In this document: positions 41,361-54,300 of the stretch, one piece after another
Layout: every line of letters starts with the position of its first letter
How positions within the stretch are numbered: the stretch's first letter is position 1
Assembly (NCBI GenBank): GCA_964057225.1
Contig: OZ059896.1
Location: 806,001 to 870,000, forward strand
Direction of reading: 5' to 3'
Length of the DNA: 64,000 bases
From: Auanema rhodensis
Lineage: Eukaryota; Animalia; Nematoda
Notes under the pieces: model-generated
Told to the model about the DNA's origin: nothing
Databases searched by the model: none
Seen by the model: the letters and a program-made list of their open reading frames with translations, nothing else
Made by a program: the position numbers and the translations under genes

Positions 41361-44300
41361 TTAATTAGCATAAATTAAAGTTCACGTAAATTTCAAAGTC
41401 ATGGTGACCATGAACCAATATCAAAAAAAATTTGTTTTTAGACTAATATGGACATGGGGAATCTAATTTTGAAAACCGCATCTCTTTATTTTTCACGTGA
41501 AGCGAGTTACATACCAAGTGCACATCACGTGAACATTTAATTAGCATAAATTAAAGTTCACGTAAATTTCAAAGTCATGGTTACCATGAACCAATATCAA
41601 TAAAAATTTGTAATTAGACTATTATGGACATGGGGAATCTAATTTTAAAAACCGCATCTCTTTATCTTTCACGTGAAGCGAGTTACATACCAAGTGCACA
41701 TCACGTGTACATTTAATTAGCATAAATTAAAGTTCACGTAAATTTCAAAGTCATGGTGACCATGAACCAATATCGATAAACATTTGTTTTTAGACTAATA
41801 TGGACATGGGGAATCTAATTTTGAAAACCGCATCTCTTTATCTTTTACGTGAAGCGAGTTACATACCAAGTGCACATGACGTGTACATTTAATTAGCATA
41901 AATTAAAGTTCACGTAAATTTCAAAGTCATGGTTACCATGAACCAATATCAATAAAAATTTGTTTTTAGACTAATATGGACATGGGGAATCTAATTTTGA
42001 AAACCGCATCTCTTTTTCTTTCACGTGAAGCGAGTTACATACCAAGTGCACATCACGTGTACATTTAATTAGCATAAATTAAAGTTCACGTAAATTTCAA
42101 AGTCATGGTTACCATGCACCAATATCAATAAAAATTCGTTTTTAGACTAATATGGGCATGGGGAATCTGATTATAAAAACCGCACCTCTTTATCTTTCAC
42201 GTGAAGCGAGTTACATACCAAGTGCACATCACGTGTACATTTAATTAGCATAAATTAAAGTTCACGTAAATTTCAAAGTCATGGTTACCATGCACCAATA
42301 TCGATAAACATTTGTTTTTAGACTAATATGGACATGGGGAATCTAATTTTGAAAACCGCATCTCTTTTTCTTTCACGTGAAGCGAGTTACATACCAAGTG
42401 CACATCACGTGTACATTTAATTAGCATAAATTAAAGTTCACGTAAATTTCAAAGTCATGGTTACCATGCACCAATATCGATAAACATTTGTTTTTAGACT
42501 AATATGGACATGGGGAATCTAATTTTGAAAACCGCATCTCTTTTTCTTTCACGTGAAGCGAGTTACATACCAAGTGCACATCACGTGTACATTTAATTAG
42601 CATAAATTAAAGTTCACGTAAATTTCAAAGTCATGGTTACCATGAACCAATATCAATAAAAATTTGTAATTAGACTATTATGGACATGGGGAATCTAATT
42701 TTGAAAACCGCATCTCTTTATCTTTCACGTGAAGCGAGTTACATACCAAGTGCACATCACGTGTACATTTAATTAGCATAAATTAAAATTCACGTAAATT
42801 TCAAAGTCATGGTTACCATGAACCAAAATCAATAAAAATTTGTTTTTAGACTAATATGGACATGGGGAATCTAATTTTGAAAACCGCATCTCTTTATTTT
42901 TCACGTGAAGCGAGTTACATACCAAGTGCACATCACGTGTACATTTAATTAGCATAAATTAAAGTTCACGTAAATTTCAAAGTCATGGTTACCATGAACC
43001 AATATCAATAAAAATTTGTTTTTAGACTAATATGGACATGGGGAATCTAATTTTGAAAACCGCATCTCTTTATCTTTCACGTGAAGCGAGTTACATACCA
43101 AGTGCACATCACGTGTACATTTAATTAGCATAAATTAAAGTTCACGTAAATTTCAAAGTCATGGGTACCATGAACCAATATCAATAAAAATTTGTTTTTA
43201 GACTAATATGGACATGGGGAATCTAATTTTGAAAACCGCATCTCTTTATCTTTCACGTGAAGCGAGTTACATACCAAGTGCACATCACGTGTACATTTAA
43301 TTAGCATAAATTAAAGTTCACGTAAATTTCAAAGTTATGGTTACCATGAACCAATATCAATAAAAATTTGTTTTTAGACTAATATGGACATGGGGAATCT
43401 AATTTTGAGAACCGCATCTCTTTATCTTTCACGTGAAGCGAGTTACATACCAAGTGCACATCACGTGTACATTTAATTAGCATAAATTAAAGTTCACGTA
43501 AATTTCAAAGTCATGGTTACCATGAACCAATATCAATAAAAATTTGTTTTTAGACTAAAATGGACATGGGGAATCTAATTTTGAAAACCGCATCTCTTTA
43601 TCTTTCACGTGAAGCGAGTTACATACCAAGTGCACATCACGTGTACATTTAATTAGCATAAATTAAAGTTCACGTAAATTTCAAAGTCATGGTTACCATG
43701 AACCAATATCAATAAAAATTTGTTTTTAGACTAATATGGACATGGGGAATCTAATTTCGAAAACCGCATCATCTTTCACGTGAAGCGAGTTACATACCAA
43801 GTGCACATCACGTGTACATTTAATTAGCATAAATTAAAGTTCACGTAAATTTCAAAGTCATGGTTACCATGAACCAATATCAATAAAAGTTTGTTTTTAG
43901 ACTAATATGGACATGGGAAATCTAATTTTGAAAACCGCATCTCTTTATCTTTGACGTGAAGCGAGTTACATACCAAGTGCACATCACGTGTACATTTAAT
44001 TAGCATAAATTAAAGTTCACGTAAATTTCAAAGTCATGGTTACCATGCACCAATATCAATAACAATTTGTTTTTAGACTAATATGGACATGGGGAATCTA
44101 ATTTTGAAAACCGCATCTCTTTATCTTTCACGTGAAGCGAGTTACATACCAAGTGCACATCACGTGTACATTTAATTAGCATAAATTAAAGTTCACGTAA
44201 ATTTCAAAGTCATGGTTACCATGAACCAATATCAATAAAAATTTGTTTTTAGACTAATATGGACATGGGGAATCTAATTTTGAAAACCGCATCTCTTTAT

Positions 44301-47300
44301 CTTTCACGTGAAACGAGTTACATACCAAGTGCACATCACGTGTACATTTAATTAGCATAAATTAAAGTTCACGTAAATTTCAAAGTCATGGTTACCATGC
44401 ACCAATATCAATAAAAATTTGTTTTTAGACTAATATGAACATGGGGAATCTAATTTTAAAAACCGCATCTCTTTATCTTTCACGTGAAGCGAGTTACATA
44501 CCAAGTGCACATCACGTGTACATTTAATTAGCATAAATTAAAGTTCACGTAAATTTCAAAGTCATGGTTACCATGAACCAATATCAATAAAAATTTGTTT
44601 TTAGGCTAATATGGACATGGGGAATCTGATTTTGAAAACCGCATCTCTTTATCTTTCACGTGAAGCGAGTTACATACCAAGTGCACATCACGTGTACATT
44701 TAATTAGCATAAATTAAAGTTCACGTAAGTTTCAAAGTCATGGTTACCATGAACCAATATCAATAAAAATTTGTTTTTAGACTAACATGTACATGGGGAA
44801 TCTAATTTTGAAAACCGCATCTCTTTATCTTTCACGTGAAGCGAGTTACATACCAAGTGCACATCACGTGTACATTTAATTAGCATAAATTAAAGTTCAC
44901 GTAAATTTCAAAGTCATGGTTACCATGCACCAATATCAATAACAATTTGTTTTTAGACTAAAATGGACATGGGGAATCTAATTTTGAAAACCGCATCTCT
45001 TTTTCTTTCACGTGAAGCGAGTTACATACCAAGTGCACATCACGTGTACATTTAATTAGCATAAATTAAAGTTCACGTAAATTTCAAAGTCATGGTTACC
45101 ATGAACCAATATCAGTAAAAATTTGTTTTTAGACTAATATGGACATGGGGAATCTAATTTTGAAAACCGCATCTCTTTATCTTTCACGTGAAGCGAGTTA
45201 CATACCAAGTGCACATCACGTGTACATTTAATTAGCATAAATTAAAGTTCACGTAAATTTCAAAGTCATGGTTACCATGCACCAATATCGATAAACATTT
45301 GTTTTTAGACTAATATGGACATGGGGAATCTAATTTTGAAAACCGCATCTCTTTATCTTTCACGTGAAGCGAGTTACATACCAAGTGCACATGACGTGTA
45401 CATTTAATTAGCATAAATTAAAGTTCACGTAAATTTCAAAGTCATGGTTACCATGAACCAATATCAGTAAAAATTTGTTTTTAGACTAATATGGACATGG
45501 GGAATCTAATTTTGAAAACCGCATCTCTTTATCTTTCACGTGAAGCGAGTTACATACCAAGTGCACATCACGTGTACATTTAATTAGCATAAATTAAAGT
45601 TCACGTAAATTTCAAAGTCATGGTTACCATGCACCAATATCAATAAAAATTTGTTTTTAGACTAATATGGACATGGGGAATCTAATTTTAAAAACCGCAT
45701 CTCTTTATCTTTCACGTGAAGCGAGTTACATACCAAGTGCACATCACGTGTACATTTAATTAGCATAAATTAAAGTTCACGTAAATTTCAAAGTCATGGT
45801 TACCATGCACCAATATCAATAAAAATTTGTTTTTAGACCAATATGGGCATGGGGAATCTGATTTTAAAAACCGCATCTCTTTATCTTTTACGTGAAGCGA
45901 GTTACATACCAAGTGCACATCACGTGTACATTTAATTAGCATAAATTAAAGTTCACGTAAATTTCAAAGTCATGGTTACCATGCACCAATATCAATAAAA
46001 ATTTGTTTGTAGACTAATATGGACATGGGGAATCTAATTTTGAAAACCGCATCTCTTTATCTTTCACGTGAAGCGAGTTACATACCAAGTGCACATCACG
46101 TGTACATTTAATTAGCATAAATTAAAGTTCACGTAAATTTCAAAGTCATGGTTACCATGCACCAAAATCAATAAAAATTTGTTTTTAGACTAATATGGAC
46201 ATGGGGAATCTAATTTTGAAAACCGCATCTCTTTATCTTTCACGTGAAGCGAGTTACATACCAAGTGCACATCACGTGTACATTTAATTAGCATAAATTA
46301 AAGTTCACGTAAATTTTAAAGTCATGGTTACCATGAACCAATATCAATAAAAATTTGTTTTTAGACTAATATGGACATGGGGAATCTAATTTTGAAAACC
46401 GCATCTCTTTATCTTTCACGTGAAGCGAGTTACATACCAAGTGCACATCACGTGTACATTTAATTAGCATAAATTAAAGTTCACGTAAATTTCAAAGTCA
46501 TGGTTACCATGCACCAATATCAATAACAATTTGTTTTTAGACTAATATGGACATGGGGAATCTAATTTTGAAAACCGCATCTCTTTATCTTTCACGTGAA
46601 GCGAGTTACATACCAAGTGCACATCACGTGTACATTTAATTAGCATAAATTAAAGTTCACGTAAATTTTAAAGTCATGGTTACCATGAACCAATATCAAT
46701 AAAAATTTGTTTTTAGACTAATATGGACATGGGGAATCTAATTTTGAAAACCGCATCTCTTTATCTTTCACGTGAAGCGAGTTACATACCAAGTGCACAT
46801 CACGTGTACATTTAATTAGCATAAATTAAAGTTCACGTAAATTTCAAAGTCATGGTTACCATGCACCAATATCAATAACAATTTGTTTTTAGACTAAAAT
46901 GGACATGGGGAATCTAATTTTGAAAACGGCATCTCTTTTTCTTTCACGTGAAGCGAGTTACATACCAAGTGCACATGACGTGTACATTTAATTAGCATAA
47001 ATTAAAGTTCACGTAAATTTCAAAGTCATGGTTACCATGAACCAATATCAGTAAAAATTTGTTTTTAGACTAATATGGACATGGGGAATCTAATTTTGAA
47101 AACCGCATCTCTTTATCTTTCACGTGAAGCGAGTTACATACCAAGTGCACATCACGTGTACATTTAATTAGCATAAATTAAAGTTCACGTAAATTTCAAA
47201 GTCATGGTTACCATGCACCAATATCAATAAAAATTTGTTTTTAGACTAATATGGGCATGGGGAATCTGATTTTAAAAACCGCATCTCTTTATCTTTTACG

Positions 47301-47867
47301 TGAAGCGAGTTACATACCAAGTGCACATCACGTGTACATTTAATTAGCATAAATTAAAGTTCACGTAAATTTCAAAGTCATGGTTACCATGCACCAATAT
47401 CAATAAAAATTTGTTTTTAGACTAATATGGACATGGGGAATCTAATTTTAAAAACCGCATCTTTTTATCTTTCACGTGAAGCGAGTTACATACCAAGTGC
47501 ACATCACGTGTACATTTAATTAGCATAAATTAAAGTTCACGTAAATTTCAAAGTCATGGTTACCATGCACCAAAATCAATAAAAATTTGTTTTTAGACTA
47601 ATATGGACATGGGGAATCTAATTTTGAAAACCGCATCTCTTTATCTTTCACGTGAAGCGAGTTACATACCAAGTGCACATCACGTGTACATTTAATTAGC
47701 ATAAATTAAAGTTCACGTAAATTTCAAAGTCATGGTTACCATGCACCAATATCAATAAAAATTTGTTTTTAGACTAATATGGACATGGGGAATCTAATTT
47801 TGAAAACCGCATCTCTTTATCTTTCACGTGAAGCGAGTTACATACCAAGTGCACATCACGTGTACAT
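41361..47867. repeat. Heterogeneous transition zone (domain C) rich in singleton variants
   Basis: Private variants at ~41532 (GAACAT), ~42173-42185 (TTATAAAAACCGCACC), ~42788, ~43165 (GGGTACC), ~43409, the 43770 deletion, 43953, ~44438 and ~44605; few long exact block repeats. Confidence 0.65.
43649..43819. repeat. 171-bp monomer with a 5-bp deletion (TCTTT) between 43770 and 43771
   Basis: Reads GCATC|ATCTTTCACG versus consensus GCATCTCTTTATCTTTCACG; array phase shifts by -5. Confidence 0.95.
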
Positions 47868-50800
47868 TTAATTAGCATAAATTAAAGTTCACGTAAATTT
47901 CAAAGTCATGGTTACCATGAACCAATATCAATAAAAATTTGTTTTTAGACTAATATGGACATGGGGAATCTGATTTCGAAAACCGCATCTCTTTATCTTT
48001 CACGTGAAGCGAGTTACATACCAAGTGCACATCACGTGTACATTTAATTAGCATAAATTAAAGTTCACGTAAGTTTCAAAGTCATGGTTACCATGAACCA
48101 ATATCAATAAAAATTTGTTTTTAGACTAACATGTACATGGGGAATCTAATTTTGAAAACCGCATCTCTTTATCTTTCACGTGAAGCGAGTTACATACCAA
48201 GTGCACATCACGTGTACATTTAATTAGCATAAATTAAAGTTCACGTAAATTTCAAAGTCATGGTTACCATGAACCAATATCAATAAAAATTTGTTTTTAG
48301 ACTAATATGGACATGGGGAATCTAATTTTGAAAACCGCATCTCTTTATCTTTCACGTGAAGCGAGTTACATACCAAGTGCACATCACGTGTACATTTAAT
48401 TAGCATAAATTAAAGTTCACGTAAATTTCAAAGTCATGGTGACCATGAACCAATATCAATAAAAATTTGTTTTTAGACTAATATGGACATGGGGAATCTA
48501 ATTTTGAAAACCGCATCTCTTTATCTTTCACGTGAAGCGAGTTACATACCAAGTGCACATCACGTGTACATTTAATTAGCATAAATTAAAGTTCACGTAA
48601 ATTTCAAAGTCATGGTTACCATGCACCAATATCAATAACAATTTGTTTTTAGACTAAAATGGACATGGGGAATCTAATTTTGAAAACGGCATCTCTTTTT
48701 CTTTCACGTGAAGCGAGTTACATACCAAGTGCACATGACGTGTACATTTAATTAGCATAAATTAAAGTTCACGTAAATTTCAAAGTCATGGTTACCATGA
48801 ACCAATATCAGTAAAAATTTGTTTTTAGACTAATATGGAGATGGGAAATCTAATTTTGAAAACCGCATCTCTTTATCTTTCACGTGAAGCGAGTTACATA
48901 CCAAGTGCACATCACGTGTACATTTAATTAGCATAAATTAAAGTTCACGTAAATTTCAAAGTCATGGTTACCATGCACCAATATCAATAAAAATTTGTTT
49001 TTAGACTAATATGGGCATGGGGAATCTGATTTTAAAAACCGCATCTCTTTATCTTTCACGTGAAGCGAGTTACATACCAAGTGCACATCACGTGTACATT
49101 TAATTAGCATAAATTAAAGTTCACGTAAATTTCAAAGTCATGGTTACCATGCACCAATATCAATAAAAATTTGTTTTTAGACTAATATGGACATGGGGAA
49201 TCTAATTTTGAAAACCGCATCTCTTTATCTTTCACGTGAAGCGAGTTACATACCAAGTGCACATCACGTGTACATTTAATTAGCATAAATTAAAGTTCAC
49301 GTAAATTTCAAAGTCATGGTTACCATGCACCAAAATCAATAAAAATTTGTTTTTAGACTAATATGGACATGGGGAATCTAATTTTGAAAACCGCATCTCT
49401 TTATCTTTCACGTGAAGCGAGTTACATACCAAGTGCACATCACGTGTACATTTAATTAGCATAAATTAAAGTTCACGTAAATTTCAAAGTCATGGTTACC
49501 ATGCACCAATATCAATAAAAATTTGTTTTTAGACTAATATGGACATGGGGAATCTAATTTTGAAAACCGCATCTCTTTATCTTTCACGTGAAGCGAGTTA
49601 CATACCAAGTGCACATCACGTGTACATTTAATTAGCATAAATTAAAGTTCACGTAAATTTCAAAGTCATGGTTACCATGCACCAATATCAATAAAAATTT
49701 GTTTTTAGACTAATATGGACATGGGGAATCTAATTTTGAAAACCGCATCTCTTTATCTTTCACGTGAAGCGAGTTACATACCAAGTGCACATCACGTGTA
49801 CATTTAATTAGCATAAATTAAAGTTCACGTAAATTTCAAAGTCATGGTTACCATGAACCAATATCAATAAAAATTTGTTTTTAGACTAATATGGACATGG
49901 GGAATCTGATTTCGAAAACCGCATCTCTTTATCTTTCACGTGAAGCGAGTTACATACCAAGTGCACATCACGTGTACATTTAATTAGCATAAATTAAAGT
50001 TCACGTAAGTTTCAAAGTCATGGTTACCATGAACCAATATCAATAAAAATTTGTTTTTAGACTAACATGTACATGGGGAATCTAATTTTGAAAACCGCAT
50101 CTCTTTATCTTTCAAGTGAAGCGAGTTACATACCAAGTGCACATCACGTGTACATTTAATTAGCATAAATTAAAGTTCACGTAAATTTCAAAGTCATGGT
50201 TACCATGAACCAATATCAATAAAAATTTGTTTTTAGACTAATATGGACATGGGGAATCTAATTTTGAAAACCGCATCTCTTTATCTTTCACGTGAAGCGA
50301 GTTACATACCAAGTGCACATCACGTGTACATTTAATTAGCATAAATTAAAGTTCACGTAAATTTCAAAGTCATGGTGACCATGAACCAATATCAATAAAA
50401 ATTTGTTTTTAGACTAATATGGACATGGGGAATCTAATTTTGAAAACCGCATCTCTTTATCTTTCACGTGAAGCGAGTTACATACCAAGTGCACATCACG
50501 TGTACATTTAATTAGCATAAATTAAAGTTCACGTAAATTTCAAAGTCATGGTTACCATGCACCAATATCAATAACAATTTGTTTTTAGACTAAAATGGAC
50601 ATGGGGAATCTAATTTTGAAAACGGCATCTCTTTTTCTTTCACGTGAAGCGAGTTACATACCAAGTGCACATGACGTGTACATTTAATTAGCATAAATTA
50701 AAGTTCACGTAAATTTCAAAGTCATGGTTACCATGAACCAATATCAGTAAAAATTTGTTTTTAGACTAATATGGAGATGGGAAATCTAATTTTGAAAACC

Positions 50801-51387
50801 GCATCTCTTTATCTTTCACGTGAAGCGAGTTACATACCAAGTGCACATCACGTGTACATTTAATTAGCATAAATTAAAGTTCACGTAAATTTCAAAGTCA
50901 TGGTTACCATGCACCAATATCAATAAAAATTTGTTTTTAGACTAATATGGACATGGGGAATCTAATTTTGAAAACCGCATCTCTTTATCTTTCACGTGAA
51001 GCGAGTTACATACCAAATGCACATCACGTGTACATTTAATTAGCATAAATTAAAGTTCACGTAAATTTCAAAGTCATGGTTACCATGCACCAAAATCAAT
51101 AAAAATTTGTTTTTAGACTAATATGGACATGGGGAATCTAATTTTGAAAACCGCATCTCTTTATCTTTCACGTGAAGCGAGTTACATACCAAGTGCACAT
51201 CACGTGTACATTTAATTAGCATAAATTAAAGTTCACGTAAATTTCAAAGTCATGGTTACCATGCACCAATATCAATAAAAATTTGTTTTTAGACTAATAT
51301 GGACATGGGGAATCTAATTTTGAAAACCGCATCTCTTTATCTTTCACGTGAAGCGAGTTACATACCAAGTGCACATCACGTGTACAT

Positions 51388-54300
51388 TTAATTAGCATAA
51401 ATTAAAGTTCACGTAAATTTCAAAGTCATGGTTACCATGAACCAATATCAATAAAAATTTGTTTTTAGACTAATATGGACATGGGGAATCTGATTTCGAA
51501 AACCGCATCTCTTTATCTTTCACGTGAAGCGAGTTACATACCAAGTGCACATCACGTGTACATTTAATTAGCATAAATTAAAGTTCACGTAAGTTTCAAA
51601 GTCATGGTTACCATGAACCAATATCAATAAAAATTTGTTTTTAGACTAACATGTACATGGGGAATCTAATTTTGAAAACCGCATCTCTTTATCTTTCACG
51701 TGAAGCGAGTTACATACCAAGTGCACATCACGTGTACATTTAATTAGCATAAATTAAAGTTCACGTAAATTTCAAAGTCATGGTTACCATGAACCAATAT
51801 CAATAAAAATTTGTTTTTAGACTAATATGGACATGGGGATTCTAATTTTGAAAACCGCATCTCTTTATCTTTCACGTGAAGCGAGTTACATACCAAGTGC
51901 ACATCACGTGTACATTTAATTAGCATAAATTAAAGTTCACGTAAATTTCAAAGTCATGGTGACCATGAACCAATATCAATAAAAATTTGTTTTTAGACTA
52001 ATATGGACATGGGGAATCTAATTTTGAAAACCGCATCTCTTTATCTTTCACGTGAAGCGAGTTACATACCAAGTGCACATCACGTGTACATTTAATTAGC
52101 ATAAATTAAAGTTCACGTAAATTTCAAAGTCATGGTTACCATGCACCAATATCAATAACAATTTGTTTTTAGACTAAAATGGACATGGGGAATCTAATTT
52201 TGAAAACGGCATCTCTTTTTCTTTCACGTGAAGCGAGTTACATACCAAGTGCACATGACGTGTACATTTAATTAGCATAAATTAAAGTTCACGTAAATTT
52301 CAAAGTCATGGTGACCATGAACCAATATCAATAAAAATTTGTTTTTAGACTAATATGGACATGGGGAATCTAATTTTGAAAACCGCATCTCTTTATCTTT
52401 CACGTGAAGCGAGTTACATACCAAGTGCACATCACGTGTACATTTAATTAGCATAAATTAAAGTTCACGTAAATTTCAAAGTCATGGTTACCATGCACCA
52501 ATATCAATAACAATTTGTTTTTAGACTAAAATGGACATGGGGAATCTAATTTTGAAAACGGCATCTCTTTTTCTTTCACGTGAAGCGAGTTACATACCAA
52601 GTGCACATGACGTGTACATTTAATTAGCATAAATTAAAGTTCACGTAAATTTCAAAGTCATGGTTACCATGAACCAATATCAGTAAAAATTTGTTTTTAG
52701 ACTAATATGGAGATGGGGAATCTAATTTTGAAAACCGCATCTCTTTATCTTTCACGTGAAGCGAGTTACATACCAAGTGCACATCACGTGTACATTTAAT
52801 TAGCATAAATTAAAGTCCACGTAAATTTCAAAGTCATGGTTACCATGCACCAATATCAATAAAAATTTGTTTTTAGACTAATATGGGCATGGGGAATCTG
52901 ATTTTGAAAACCGCATCTCTTTATCTTTTACGTGAAGCGAGTTACATACCAAGTGCACATCACGTGTACATTTAATTAGCATAAATTAAAGTTCACGTAA
53001 ATTTCAAAGTCATGGTTACCATGCACCAATATCAATAAAAATTTGTTTTTAGACTAATATGGACATGGGGAATCTAATTTTGAAAACCGCATCTCTTTAT
53101 CTTTCACGTGAAGCGAGTTACATACCAAGTGCACATCACGTGTACATTTAATTAGCATAAATTAAAGTTCACGTAAATTTCAAAGTCATGGTTACCATGC
53201 ACCAAAATCAATAAAAATTTGTTTTTAGACTAATATGGACATGGGGAATCTAATTTTGAAAACCGCATCTCTTTATCTTTCACGTGAAGCGAGTTACATA
53301 CCAAGTGCACATCACGTGTACATTTAATTAGCATAAATTAAAGTTCACGTAAATTTCAAAGTCATGGTTACCATGCACCAATATCAATAAAAATTTGTTT
53401 TTAGACTAATATGGACATGGGGAATCTAATTTTGAAAACCGCATCTCTTTATCTTTCACGTGAAGCGAGTTACATACCAAGTGCACATCACGTGTACATT
53501 TAATTAGCATAAATTAAAGTTCACGTAAATTTCAAAGTCATGGTTACCATGCACCAATATCAATAAAAATTTGTTTTTAGACTAATATGGACATGGGGAA
53601 TCTAATTTTGAAAACCGCATCTCTTTATCTTTCACGTGAAGCGAGTTACATACCAAGTGCACATCACGTGTACATTTAATTAGCATAAATTAAAGTTCAC
53701 GTAAATTTCAAAGTCATGGTTACCATGAACCAATATCAATAAAAATTCGTTTTTAGACTAATATGGACATGGGGAATCTAATTTTGAAAACCGCATCTCT
53801 TTATCTTTCACGTGAAGCGAGTTACATACCAAGTGCACATCACGTGTACATTTAATTAGCATAAATTAAAGTTCACGTAAATTTCAAAGTCATGGTTACC
53901 ATGAACCAATATCAATAAAAATTTGTTTTTAGACTAATATGGACATGGGGAATCTGATTTCGAAAACCGCATCTCTTTATCTTTCACGTGAAGCGAGTTA
54001 CATACCAAGTGCACATCACGTGTACATTTAATTAGCATAAATTAAAGTTCACGTAAGTTTCAAAGTCATGGTTACCATGAACCAATATCAATAAAAATTT
54101 GTTTTTAGACTAACATGTACATGGGGAATCTAATTTTGAAAACCGCATCTCTTTATCTTTCACGTGAAGCGAGTTACATACCAAGTGCACATCACGTGTA
54201 CATTTAATTAGCATAAATTAAAGTTCACGTAAATTTCAAAGTCATGGTTACCATGAACCAATATCAATAAAAATTTGTTTTTAGACTAATATGGACATGG

